The notes: a model not told the origin generated them from the letters alone. Positions 14,667-24,191 are shown, numbered from the stretch's first letter. The stretch: DNA of 27,584 nt from a virus (IMGVR_UViG_3300011442_000025:1-27584), one strand, 5' to 3'. Translations and numbers: made by a program.

Positions 14667-15587
14667 ATGCCTGGCGGTGTTATCAATACAGGAAGTCATC
14701 CAAAACTACTCTGGCCCGGGGTTCACGCGACCTGGGGTCAGGTGTATGCTGAGCACCCGACGGAGTACACGCAACTGTACGACGTGCTGGACTCGGATCA
14801 AGCGTATGAAGAGGATGTGCAGGTCACGCCTTTCGGCCTTGCCCCAATCAAGCCTGAAGGGGAGCCCGGGACGTATGACTCGGAAGTCCAAGGCCCGGTT
14901 GCACGCTATCAGCACATTGCGTACTTCCTCGGTTATATCGTAACCTACGAAGAGTTGCGAGATAACAAGTACGAGATCGTAGCGACTCGGCGTGCGAAGG
15001 GGAATGCGTTCTCTATCAACCAGACGGTAGAGAATGTCGGTGCCTTCCTCTACAACAATGCCTTCGTCACGACTTACTTCACCACGGCGGATGGAGTCGC
15101 CCTGGGAAGCGCCAGCCACGTCAACACGACGGGAGGAACTTACAGCAACATCCTCTCCCCCGCGGCCGACCTGGCTGAGACGAGTCTTGAGGATGCAGCG
15201 ATCCAAATCATGGGCTTCCAGAATGATCGGGGTCTCTACATCAACATCATGCCTGAAAGTCTCATCGTTGCAAGACAGAACTGGTACGAGGCTAACCGGA
15301 TATTGAAGTCTGTTCTGCAGCCCAACTCTGCGCAGAATAACATCAACGTCCTGAAGTCAACCAATGCGTTCCCGAAGGGGATTCAGATGAATCACTATCT
15401 GACCTCTGGCGCGCCTTGGTTCATCCGGACTAACTGTCCGGCTGGGATGCAGATGTTCTGGCGTGATCGTCCGGAGTTCGCACAGGATAACGACTTCGAC
15501 ACGAAGAACGCGAAGAGCGGGACATACATGAGGTTCTCGGTCGGCTGCACTGATCCTCGTGGGTGGTTCGGAAGTAACGCTTCGTAA
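14667..15587 (+). CDS. major capsid protein (306 aa, HK97 fold, Mu-gpT-like family)
   Basis: AAGGAG RBS. Motifs LWPG, S..AYEE, FGLAPIKPEG, ARY.H, DNKY, DFDT.N and DPRG.FGS. Confidence 0.92.
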   Translation: MPGGVINTGSHPKLLWPGVHATWGQVYAEHPTEYTQLYDVLDSDQAYEEDVQVTPFGLAPIKPEGEPGTYDSEVQGPVARYQHIAYFLGYIVTYEELRDNKYEIVATRRAKGNAFSINQTVENVGAFLYNNAFVTTYFTTADGVALGSASHVNTTGGTYSNILSPAADLAETSLEDAAIQIMGFQNDRGLYINIMPESLIVARQNWYEANRILKSVLQPNSAQNNINVLKSTNAFPKGIQMNHYLTSGAPWFIRTNCPAGMQMFWRDRPEFAQDNDFDTKNAKSGTYMRFSVGCTDPRGWFGSNAS

Positions 15588-15599
15588 GAGCCCAGTAAG

Positions 15600-15623
15600 A
15601 GGGGAGGGTGTAAGCCCTCTCCT
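15600..15623 (+). terminator. stem-loop after the MCP gene (weak terminator or mRNA stabiliser)
   Basis: AGGGGAGGG-tgtaag-CCCTCTCCT with only a short T run. Confidence 0.5.
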
Positions 15624-15702
15624 GTTGCGGTTCAAGGCCGGGCCCTCCCGGACTGCGCGCACCACGCAATGTTGGAGCGTATCCAACCCTTAGGAGAAGC
15701 AA

Positions 15703-16686
15703 ATGCAAGGCTTTGGCGGTTCACTTACGAACTACCCAACTGGCTGGGCGTATGGGACGAATATTCGGGGGTTCCCAGTCCTTAACTCCTACCCCGGTAA
15801 TGTGCTGTGGCTGGGGAATGGATCAGCGATCCCGGCGGGGTGCAGTCCGGGGAATGACGGTAATCCAGGTACTTGGACTAAGCCGCTTGCCACCCTCCAG
15901 GGAGCGGTGAATAAGTCAGTCCTTGCTGGGATCGGGACTATCGTCGCGGTTAAGCCCGGTCACTCCGAGACGATCTCCTCGGCCACCGCCCTCACGATGA
16001 GTGTGAGTGGGATGCAGGTAGTCGGTATGGGTTGGGGGAATGCAAGGCCGCTGTTCACCCTCGACACCGCAACCACAGCGACGATCAACGTTACTGCTGC
16101 GAACGTCGGGTTTCAGAACTGTCAGTTCGCAGCGAACTTTGCGAACGTGGCCTCGCTGTTCACCCTCACCACCGCGGTCGGGTTCAGCGTCGACTCGTGC
16201 TACATCTACGATACCTCGTCTATTCTGAACTTCCTGGCTATCGTTACAACGGCGACGACGAGCAATGCGGCGGATATGCTATCCGTCACTAACAACCTCG
16301 TCACCCTCGCCGCAACGAGCGGAGCCTGTCCTTTCATCTCCGCCTTGGGAACGAACAATGCCTGGAACATCAGCGCGAATAACCACAAGGCGGTGACGAC
16401 CGGGACGGGCGCATGGCTCCCAATCGCGACAGGGAAGGTCCTTACGAATGCCCTGATAGATGCGAATAGGATCTCTCTGCAGCAGACGACGGGTGTGACG
16501 ACAGGTATCCTGATCACTACAAACGGCAGCACGAATAGTGGCTGGATTACGAGGAACTTTGTGCAAGCTCTCGACGCTACGACAGAAATCCTTGTCACCG
16601 CGTCTTCCGGCTTCCTCTTCTCCCAGAACTACTACTCTGGCACAGCCGACGCCTCTGGCTACCTCCTCCCGGCCGCCGACTCCTAA
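15703..16686 (+). CDS. beta-helix (pectate-lyase-like) virion protein, head spike/fibre candidate (327 aa)
   Basis: GNDGNPGTWTKPLATLQGAV and VKPGH motifs typical of beta-helix N-caps, with Asn ladders. AGGAG RBS. Confidence 0.7.
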   Translation: MQGFGGSLTNYPTGWAYGTNIRGFPVLNSYPGNVLWLGNGSAIPAGCSPGNDGNPGTWTKPLATLQGAVNKSVLAGIGTIVAVKPGHSETISSATALTMSVSGMQVVGMGWGNARPLFTLDTATTATINVTAANVGFQNCQFAANFANVASLFTLTTAVGFSVDSCYIYDTSSILNFLAIVTTATTSNAADMLSVTNNLVTLAATSGACPFISALGTNNAWNISANNHKAVTTGTGAWLPIATGKVLTNALIDANRISLQQTTGVTTGILITTNGSTNSGWITRNFVQALDATTEILVTASSGFLFSQNYYSGTADASGYLLPAADS

Positions 16687-16704
16687 TAGGAAAGGATCAA
16701 TCAA

Positions 16705-17430
16705 ATGTCAAGCATTGCAGCAAGTGTCTCTACCAACAACTGGCCAGGAATGTCGACGGGGAAGCAGTCCCTTGTCTACACTGGCCTTCAAGGGTTACTC
16801 GACGAGGGTTCCCTCTTCATCGCGTCGAGCGTGCCTGGGACGGCTATTGCTACGACAACCTCCGTCGTGGATGATGCGGCAACCCAGTCCTCCACCCACG
16901 CGCAGGCTTCCCCGGTTATGCTCCTGCAGAATCAGAACGTGGCGGGGAGTAATTACAACGTCTACCCGATTTACTTGAAGATGAATATCATTCAAGTGCC
17001 CACTTCGGCCACGTTGTGGAAGTACGCCATCCGCCTCGATCCGCTCTCGACGAAGCTGACCACTGCCGGGACTGTCATCACCCCGCAGAATCTGAATGCG
17101 AATCAGACGAATAACTCCAAGTGTTACGTCACCTTTGGAGCTATCACAACGGTGATCGCGAGTGGGCAGAGCCGACTGGTTGGGAATGGCCTGGTAAGCG
17201 GAGCGATCCCGGTCGCCAACGATCAGTGGTATATTGCATTCGGTCAGGTCGCCTCTTCCCCGGATTCAATTGGAACCCAGACCCTGGTGAAGAGTCTTAC
17301 CATTCCTGTCCCTCCCATCGTCATCCCGCCGACATGGTTCATGACGCTGGAAATGTGGGGGACTTCGAATGCGGCAGCTCCCTCCTGGGACTTTGAGTTC
17401 GTCTACGCCGAGCGTCCTGCCGGGCAGTAG
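16705..17430 (+). CDS. putative structural protein (241 aa)
   Basis: AAGGA RBS, S/T/V-rich beta composition, within the virion module. Confidence 0.7.
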   Translation: MSSIAASVSTNNWPGMSTGKQSLVYTGLQGLLDEGSLFIASSVPGTAIATTTSVVDDAATQSSTHAQASPVMLLQNQNVAGSNYNVYPIYLKMNIIQVPTSATLWKYAIRLDPLSTKLTTAGTVITPQNLNANQTNNSKCYVTFGAITTVIASGQSRLVGNGLVSGAIPVANDQWYIAFGQVASSPDSIGTQTLVKSLTIPVPPIVIPPTWFMTLEMWGTSNAAAPSWDFEFVYAERPAGQ

Positions 17431-17437
17431 TTAACCT

Positions 17438-17465
17438 GGGGGAGGGGAGTAATTTCCCCTCCTCC
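17438..17465 (+). terminator. stem-loop after gene 16705-17430
   Basis: GGGGGAGGGGAG-taat-TTCCCCTCCTCC abuts the next RBS (TAAGGAG). No U-tract. Confidence 0.5.
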
Positions 17466-17477
17466 TAAGGAGTTGTT

Positions 17478-18005
17478 ATGCGTCCAGCAATTGTTTCTCT
17501 TTCCTCCGCAACGTATTCTCGTTGGATTCCGCTGAACTGGCGAGCAATGGCGGGGGTGTATTCGATAGGCTTGGGAGTGAAGTTGACCTCCGGGGCTTCC
17601 CTCACATACTCGGTGCAGCATACGTTTGATAACCCCTGGCAATCTAGTATAGACTGGTCCGCTTCTCGCTCGACAACGACCGGGACGATTACGAAGATTG
17701 CGCACGGGCTTTCTGTAGCGGACTGGGTTCAGTTTGATGCAGCTGCGCCCTTTAACGCAAGCTATGCGGTTGCAGGATATACTGATGCAGACACCTTCAC
17801 GGTTACCGTGGCAAACAGCGGGGCAACCTCGGTTGGGTGGGGCTCTGCACAGATTCACACGGCGAAGGTGTTTAACCACCAGAACCTGGTGAGTAAGACT
17901 TCGAGCGACTTTGATAACTATGCCTTTCCGGCGAGGGCTTGTCGGCTGATCATCACCTCTTACACAAGCGGGTCGGCAGAATTAACGGTGGTAGAGGCCG
18001 GATGA
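17478..18005 (+). CDS. putative structural protein (175 aa) with inserted small beta domain
   Basis: YSVQHTFDN and PARACRL motifs flank a TIT...HGLSV.DWV...FN.SY.V...DADTFTV module common in virion proteins. Confidence 0.7.
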   Translation: MRPAIVSLSSATYSRWIPLNWRAMAGVYSIGLGVKLTSGASLTYSVQHTFDNPWQSSIDWSASRSTTTGTITKIAHGLSVADWVQFDAAAPFNASYAVAGYTDADTFTVTVANSGATSVGWGSAQIHTAKVFNHQNLVSKTSSDFDNYAFPARACRLIITSYTSGSAELTVVEAG

Positions 18006-18589
18006 TCTATATCGTTTCAGGCTTTTTCCGCTCCGGAACCTCGCTCCTCATGCAGAGTCTGGAAGCCGGCGGCTTGCCGATTTACTACAGTCGAAAGCGT
18101 GACCGTCTTAACGAGGAGCACACGGACCGCTCACGGCGCCCGAACCCGGTGAGCCTCTATGAGCCTTCGGGTAGCGATCTTGCAGAGATTGGCTTCCCTC
18201 GACGTCATGATGGGTGTGCGGTGAAAGTGCTCATCATGTGGCTCTCATCGCTCGCTGTTCACGACTACCGCGTGCTGATGCTCTATCGTGACCCGCTGGG
18301 AATCATGGATTCTTATGAGCGTGCTTTTCATGAATTCTGGGATCTGGATAGGCGCGAAGCGTGGATCAGGTATTACTATCCGCGCATGGATGAAACATAC
18401 CGCTGGTTCCTGAACCGGCGCGATGTGCGCTCGGTTTCGCGGCTGGCTTTCGCTGATGTTCTGTCCTCCCCTCTGGTATCGTTCCGCTCACTGGCCGCAG
18501 ACGGCTGGCCGATTGACGCAGAGCGCGCCGCATCCGTGGTGACATCTGGGAAGGCGCTAGACGGGACGAGTGTTCCATGCCCAGCCTAG
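18002..18589 (+). CDS. sulfotransferase-family protein (195 aa)
   Basis: 5'-phosphosulfate-binding loop IVSGFFRSGTSLLMQ.L and 3'-phosphate motif LYRDP....S. ATGA-coupled start at 18002. Confidence 0.85.
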   Translation: MIYIVSGFFRSGTSLLMQSLEAGGLPIYYSRKRDRLNEEHTDRSRRPNPVSLYEPSGSDLAEIGFPRRHDGCAVKVLIMWLSSLAVHDYRVLMLYRDPLGIMDSYERAFHEFWDLDRREAWIRYYYPRMDETYRWFLNRRDVRSVSRLAFADVLSSPLVSFRSLAADGWPIDAERAASVVTSGKALDGTSVPCPA

Positions 18590-19977
18590 AAGCGCATGCC
18601 CAGGCTCTTGCTGACAACTTCGTCGAGAAGTCCGACCAGCGCACGCTAACGACCAAGGTGTTCCAGCGCGAGCCCGGAAAATTCCGCTCAGTCACCGGGA
18701 TCGGTCCTAGCCACATACCGGATGACGTTGCAGCATGGAAGCGCGGCGAGGCCGTTACATGGCTCGACATCGATACGTCATTCGTTACGGACAACACGGG
18801 GAAGCTTGGCACAGCGCGCACGTTCTACGATCTGAAGGTTCTTGATGATGGAATAGGCTACATCTACAACTCGAAGATCAACGGCTTCATTTCCGTGCGG
18901 CTTGTAGAGATCGAGGGCAAGGCGGTTTCCAGCGTTCCTGTTCCCCGCATCACGCCCAACAAAATCTTCTGGGATGACGTTGCCCCGCAACTGACCATGC
19001 ATCTGCGCGTGGCTCCGACGGGCCTCGATATTTTCAAGCGTATCACCGGAGACCAGGCGCCCCGGTCCTATACGTGGGAAATCGAAGAGACCGACCCGCC
19101 GATACTTGCTCTGAAAACGATCACTGCCGGATGGGACAACGCGGACGGAAATGAACCTACGCGAGAGGGCACGGGATTTGGGAATCGAATACGGGAGCTG
19201 GAGATGATCCACGCTCAGAGCGCGTTCGAGACGCCTTCGCCCGGCATCCGCCGCTACCGTGTGACGGAAACGTGGACCGGGCGCACCGTGACGCGCGAGA
19301 AGGGTGAGGCGGAAAAGAAAATCTTTCACGACGACTGCGTCTATCCGGTCCTGATTGACCAGGACGTAACCGAGTCGATTGTGGCGGACAACGATGACGG
19401 CTCACAGGCCGTGGGTGCTGGTGGTAACTGGCAACCAACCGTCCCTAGTCTCTACCGCCACATGATTTCGAATTACGCATCAGGGCTTGAAAACTATAAC
19501 GGCTATCGTTTCCAGACCGTAGCTATCCCGCAGGGCGCGACAATCGACGCCGCGACGCTTACGTGTAAGAAAATTAATGGCGGAAACGCGCCGTTCTCAG
19601 GAACGATGGCCGGAAACGATGTGGACAGCGCGCCGGCCTGGGCTAACGCTGCTGGTCCCGCTGATATGAGCGCGACCACCGCGACATCGACCTTTTCGGT
19701 GCCCTCCGGCGGAAATGGAACCGTAATTACAACAGACGTTATAACGCAGATTCAGGAGATAGTCAATCGGGCCGGATTCGCCTCTGGGAACAATATAGCC
19801 CTGGGCCTGACGGTTCTCCCCGCTGCCGGGAAATACGCCTACATCTACGACTATACATTCGGGTCGCAGTATGCCGTGCTGACGGTGGATTACACGGTAG
19901 GGGGCGCGACTCGTCCGGTCAAGATGGCAAGCACCTGGCGTGGATACGCCGGAGGAAGTGGAGGGTTTGCAGGATGA
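18577..19977 (+). CDS. two-domain virion protein (466 aa) with C-terminal carbohydrate-binding-like beta sandwich
   Basis: N-domain ends YPVLID. C-domain has DDG, GYRFQTVAIPQGATIDAATLT, IQEIVNRAGFASGN and LTVDY, resembling DNRLRE-type modules. Confidence 0.65.
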   Translation: MPSLEAHAQALADNFVEKSDQRTLTTKVFQREPGKFRSVTGIGPSHIPDDVAAWKRGEAVTWLDIDTSFVTDNTGKLGTARTFYDLKVLDDGIGYIYNSKINGFISVRLVEIEGKAVSSVPVPRITPNKIFWDDVAPQLTMHLRVAPTGLDIFKRITGDQAPRSYTWEIEETDPPILALKTITAGWDNADGNEPTREGTGFGNRIRELEMIHAQSAFETPSPGIRRYRVTETWTGRTVTREKGEAEKKIFHDDCVYPVLIDQDVTESIVADNDDGSQAVGAGGNWQPTVPSLYRHMISNYASGLENYNGYRFQTVAIPQGATIDAATLTCKKINGGNAPFSGTMAGNDVDSAPAWANAAGPADMSATTATSTFSVPSGGNGTVITTDVITQIQEIVNRAGFASGNNIALGLTVLPAAGKYAYIYDYTFGSQYAVLTVDYTVGGATRPVKMASTWRGYAGGSGGFAG

Positions 19978-20177
19978 TATACGCCGTTTATGAGGTTGAG
20001 CTGGAGCCGATTGTGCAAGGACAGCACTTCTGTCAGCACGTTAAAGCACCCTCTGCGGAGGAAGCTGTGCGGCGGGTGCAGGAGAAGCAAGGTCGAAAAG
20101 CAATCAAGGTTAAAATGTGGAGGAAGTGTTATCCGCACGAGCTGGATGCTGCTAGGCAATCGGGAGACCTTAAATGA
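19974..20177 (+). CDS. hypothetical protein (67 aa)
   Basis: 4-nt overlaps on both sides. Confidence 0.65.
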   Translation: MIYAVYEVELEPIVQGQHFCQHVKAPSAEEAVRRVQEKQGRKAIKVKMWRKCYPHELDAARQSGDLK

Positions 20178-21895
20178 GTGACTACTATGGGGATATCCGG
20201 CTTGAGGATACCATTGACATCAAGTTTACTACCCGGCAAATCTCGGGTGCTCCCTCCACCCTTTCTAGCTCCCCAGTTATCTCGGCTTATCCAGGTAACA
20301 GCACAACTCAGCTTACCGCGGGGATTACCCTTACGGTTGATTTTGACTCGGTAACTGGATATAATAACGTCCGAGTCGCGGCAACGAATGCTAATGGATA
20401 CGCGGCTGCGACGAACTACGACCTGGCGATCACGACAGGAACAGTAAACAGCGTGTCGGTTGTAGGGGAGTCCGTTGGAGCCTTCTCGATAGAAAATCGT
20501 TCGGCCCTTATGCCTACAACAGTAGCGAGGAAGCTGGATGTTTCTGCGGGGGGAGAGGCAGGTGTGGATTGGGCGAACATCGGGAGCCCGACGACGACGG
20601 TTAACCTGTCTGGAACCTCTACCCTCGCGCTAGAGCCAACTACGGCTGGACGAAAACTTGACGTAACGACAACTGGAGAGGCCGGAATCGACTGGGCGAA
20701 TATCGGTGCTCCCACAACGACAGTTAACCTAAGCGGGACGACTGTAAAGACCGCCACCGATGTAGAGACAGATACGCAAGACATTCAGTCCCGCCTCCCC
20801 GCCGCCCTCGTCAGTGGTCGGATGGACTCGAATATGCAGGCTGCCGCGACAGGCGTTATTACCGCCGCGGTGATTGCTGATGCCGCGATTGACCGAGCAA
20901 CTTTTGCAGCGGATACAGGGTTGCAAACAGTCCGGAGTAACACCGCGCAGGCCGGTGCAGGCACGACGATTACTCTTGATGCCTCGGCCTCCGCGGTGGA
21001 CGACTTCTACGCGAACGAGATGATCTTCCTGACTGGTGGAACAGGAGTTGGGCAGGCTCGGGTCATTACTGCGTATAATGGAACGACGAAGGTGGCTACG
21101 GTTGCAACCTGGGCGACAAACCCAGACAACACAACGACCTTTGCCATCCTGCCCTTCGGAGCGATCCCTGGAGCGACCGCACCAACGGCTGCGCAAGTAG
21201 CTACCGCTGTTTGGCAGGATACGACGGCGGGAGACTTTACCACGGCGGGTAGTATCGGGAAGAGTCTCTTTACGAGTGGGGCCGTGCCTGGAGCAGCGGG
21301 AGGATTGTTCCTCGCGGGAAGCAACGCTGCCACGACGATTGCTGGGCTGACAACCGGTGCCCTTGCCTGCACGACGATAACGGCGTCGGGAGCAGTAGCA
21401 TTTCAGTCTACCTTCGCTGTGACCGGGACAACAACGCTCGCAGCGGTAACGACGTCTGGGACGGTTACACTAAACGCTCTGACTGTCTCAAACGCGACAA
21501 CACTGACCGGGGCAGTGTCGCTAGGCTCTACCCTTGGAGTTACAGGGACGGCGACCTTTGCCGCAGTAACCACAACCGGCACGGTCACTATGAATGCCCT
21601 TACTGTGTCCAATGCTACTACCCTGACTGGGGCAGTGAGCGCAACAAACGCCTCGAATGATGTTCGAGGAGTTCTCCTTCAGAAAACAATCTGTGCAGCA
21701 ATGGATGAGCTGGGAAGCGATCCGGGAGCCACGCCGACAGGTGCACAGGCCCTCTCCCTCCTTTACATGGGCCTGCGGAACAAGCGGGATACGACAGCTT
21801 CGGAAGATACCATCTGCAACAACGCGGGCTCGGTTATCCTCACCGCAACCCTGTCGGACGATACAGTAACGTTTGAGAAGAGTAAATATGCTTGA
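20174..21895 (+). CDS. Thr/Ala-rich fibre-like virion protein (573 aa) with two internal duplications
   Basis: GGGAG RBS, a 41-aa repeat pair and a 40-aa repeat pair, T/A/G/V-dominated composition. Confidence 0.8.
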   Translation: MSDYYGDIRLEDTIDIKFTTRQISGAPSTLSSSPVISAYPGNSTTQLTAGITLTVDFDSVTGYNNVRVAATNANGYAAATNYDLAITTGTVNSVSVVGESVGAFSIENRSALMPTTVARKLDVSAGGEAGVDWANIGSPTTTVNLSGTSTLALEPTTAGRKLDVTTTGEAGIDWANIGAPTTTVNLSGTTVKTATDVETDTQDIQSRLPAALVSGRMDSNMQAAATGVITAAVIADAAIDRATFAADTGLQTVRSNTAQAGAGTTITLDASASAVDDFYANEMIFLTGGTGVGQARVITAYNGTTKVATVATWATNPDNTTTFAILPFGAIPGATAPTAAQVATAVWQDTTAGDFTTAGSIGKSLFTSGAVPGAAGGLFLAGSNAATTIAGLTTGALACTTITASGAVAFQSTFAVTGTTTLAAVTTSGTVTLNALTVSNATTLTGAVSLGSTLGVTGTATFAAVTTTGTVTMNALTVSNATTLTGAVSATNASNDVRGVLLQKTICAAMDELGSDPGATPTGAQALSLLYMGLRNKRDTTASEDTICNNAGSVILTATLSDDTVTFEKSKYA

Positions 21896-22133
21896 AGCCC
21901 TTGTAGTCTTTAATGTGGTGCAGATAGTTGTCATGGTTATCCTCTACCTGAAGGTGAAGAAGGTGCAGAAGACCCTTGCTGAGCCGCTTCGGCGGGCTGT
22001 CACTACCCTCGGCCCGCAGATGATGGAACCTTCCCTCACCGCGGACTTCTTTAAGATGAAGAGGGATCTCTTCCCGAAGGATTCGTCTCGCTGGAAGATG
22101 TATGATAAGAAGTTGAAGGAAGCTCTCTTGTGA
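21888..22133 (+). CDS. small membrane-anchored protein (81 aa)
   Basis: N-terminal hydrophobic stretch LVVFNVVQIVVMVILYL followed by KVKKVQK. Confidence 0.65.
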   Translation: MLEALVVFNVVQIVVMVILYLKVKKVQKTLAEPLRRAVTTLGPQMMEPSLTADFFKMKRDLFPKDSSRWKMYDKKLKEALL

Positions 22134-22378
22134 TCGACACGGAGAATAAACGGCGGAGCGTGCAGGCTTACCTGTTTGGCCTGATGCGGCCTCGAGCGGA
22201 TGGAGCTATCGGAGCGGCGGATAGGGCAACTTGCACTTGGTACTACTCCGGTATCACCTATGCGCCTCCGACTCCTCCGTCAGGAGGTGGAGGAATCTCC
22301 ATCCCGACAGGCCTCTCCCCTTATGAGGGTATCTCGATTGATACTGGGTTAAGCCCAAGCACCGGGATTAGTCAGTAG
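22130..22378 (+). CDS. small structural/adaptor protein (82 aa) with C-terminal hexapeptide repeats
   Basis: GTGA overlap and AAGGAAG RBS. DT.NKRRS...P.ADG.I...DR...YSGI followed by a Pro/Gly linker. Confidence 0.7.
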   Translation: MIDTENKRRSVQAYLFGLMRPRADGAIGAADRATCTWYYSGITYAPPTPPSGGGGISIPTGLSPYEGISIDTGLSPSTGISQ

Positions 22379-22385
22379 AGGTTAT

Positions 22386-23468
22386 ATGGCTCAGTATACC
22401 TATATTAGCGGTGGAAAGGGGATTGAGACTACAAGTGCCTTTGACTCGACTGGCGCGACTGTTATCTGGGTGATGACTGGGTGGCATAGCCCAGGGGGTG
22501 TTCCGACAGATAACAAGGGCAATACATATACGATGCTGGTCAACTCAGACCACAACGTCTGTGTGGCCCTCTTCGTCTGTCTAAACCCGACAGTAGGAAC
22601 TGGCCATACCGTTACCTCTGGCATGACAGCGAACGGCTCTACCGCAGCGGCTGCCTACAGCGGTGGGGTGAGTATTATGAAGTTCAGCGGGGCAGGGAAT
22701 ACCGGAGGGGCGACAAGTCTGCAGAATTCCGCCCTCACGCCGAACGCTGCAAATATGATCGCGATTACCGGGCTTGCGACAGATGGAAGCCCGCTCGGGA
22801 TTCAGATTGACTCCTCCCTCACAATTCGGCAGAGCAACCCGTCTGTTCAGTTTGTCAATTACGGAGTCTCCTTTGCCGACCTAATCAACCCTGCTCAGGC
22901 CTCCCTGGCCCCGACCTGGAGCTGGACGAACAGTGTTGTTGCAGACACCCTAATGGTTGTCTTTGCGGAGCCCTCGGCTACGCTTGCAACAATAACTGGG
23001 ACGATTACGACTGCGACTGAGGCAGACATCGTAACGGGTGGAAGTACGATTATTATCACCCTGACAGATGGAACATGGGCGACAGCGGGGGCGGCGTTTG
23101 ACGCTGTTCGTCAGGCTATCATCAACGGGCTAGACGCTGCGGATGCGCAGCAGTTCGGCTGGAACCTGCAAGTCCGGGATACCCTCCCTGTAACCTCCGT
23201 TGTTAGGACGAGTGATACGGTGGTAACAATCACCCTTCCTGCCGAGGCAAGCTACTCTATCTCGACGGCGGAGACAATAACTGTTACAGTACCGGCCTCG
23301 GCCTTGAGCTTCGCGGTGGATATAACTGCGACACCAACCTTTACCCTGGAGCCCGAATCACAAGCGTGTGAGGCGAGTGGAGGGATCTCCTACCACCTCG
23401 GGATGACGGTTGAGTCAGGCCTGACGCACTGTTATGGTCTCTCTCCCCTTGAAGGAATATCAGTATGA
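22386..23468 (+). CDS. two-domain beta-rich fibre/receptor-binding-like protein (360 aa)
   Basis: GAGG RBS, PTDNKGNTYT motif, Ig-like second domain, C-terminal hexapeptide tag. Confidence 0.7.
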   Translation: MAQYTYISGGKGIETTSAFDSTGATVIWVMTGWHSPGGVPTDNKGNTYTMLVNSDHNVCVALFVCLNPTVGTGHTVTSGMTANGSTAAAAYSGGVSIMKFSGAGNTGGATSLQNSALTPNAANMIAITGLATDGSPLGIQIDSSLTIRQSNPSVQFVNYGVSFADLINPAQASLAPTWSWTNSVVADTLMVVFAEPSATLATITGTITTATEADIVTGGSTIIITLTDGTWATAGAAFDAVRQAIINGLDAADAQQFGWNLQVRDTLPVTSVVRTSDTVVTITLPAEASYSISTAETITVTVPASALSFAVDITATPTFTLEPESQACEASGGISYHLGMTVESGLTHCYGLSPLEGISV

Positions 23469-24163
23469 CGACGCCTTCTGTTAACACCCCCTACGCTATC
23501 ATTACTGATTCGATGCAGGACGCTGGGCTTCTCCAAGACGGGGATGAGCCGAACTCGGAGCAGCTGGCGAAGTATCTTCGGCGGCTGAATGATATTACTA
23601 ACTTTGAGCAGACCCAAGGCATTCCCCTCTTTCTCCTGGAGGACAAGTCTATCACCCTTGTAGCGGGGACAGGAAGTTACTCCGTTACAACGACCGCAGG
23701 GAAGGCCCTTCGAGTGGATCAGGGGTATATCCTGCAAGGCACCTACACCCGGCGTCCCATTACATCTCTCTCCTGGAACGAGTGGCTAACCCTGGGTCAG
23801 GTCGGCCAGCAAGGCGCGATCAGCCAATACTTTGTTAACATCCAGGCGACTACGCTAACCGTCTACTTCTGGCTTGTCCCGGATTCAACAGAGGCGGCGA
23901 ATACAGCGCATCTGCTCATCCGGCGGCAGATCACCCAGCCGATCAATCTGGTTGAAACGATGGAGTTCCCGATCGAGTGGAGGATGTTCCTCCGATGGAG
24001 CCTCGCCGCGGAGATCAGTGTTGGCCAGCCTCAACCTGTTATTCAACTCTGCCAGCAACGGGCGGACGCCTACCGAGCTGCCCTCGAGGCCTGGGATGTG
24101 GAGCAGGCAAGCACAATGTTCCAGGTTGACTCGAGAGGCGGATTGCAGAGTAGCTTCAAATAA
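23465..24163 (+). CDS. head-tail adaptor / tail tubular protein A-like (P22 gp4-like, 232 aa)
   Basis: II..S...AG.L..G..P..E....L..LN N-terminus, ITLVAGTGSY, W.VPDS and FP.EW...L.W.LA. Precedes the nozzle gene. Confidence 0.8.
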   Translation: MTTPSVNTPYAIITDSMQDAGLLQDGDEPNSEQLAKYLRRLNDITNFEQTQGIPLFLLEDKSITLVAGTGSYSVTTTAGKALRVDQGYILQGTYTRRPITSLSWNEWLTLGQVGQQGAISQYFVNIQATTLTVYFWLVPDSTEAANTAHLLIRRQITQPINLVETMEFPIEWRMFLRWSLAAEISVGQPQPVIQLCQQRADAYRAALEAWDVEQASTMFQVDSRGGLQSSFK

Positions 24164-24191
24164 CTCAATTGGATTACCGCACGATAACCCC

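Noticed and set aside
20504-23468. Diversity-generating retroelement TR/VR pair
   Set aside because: The repeats are in-frame coding duplications with synonymous, not adenine-specific, differences. No reverse transcriptase is in the window.
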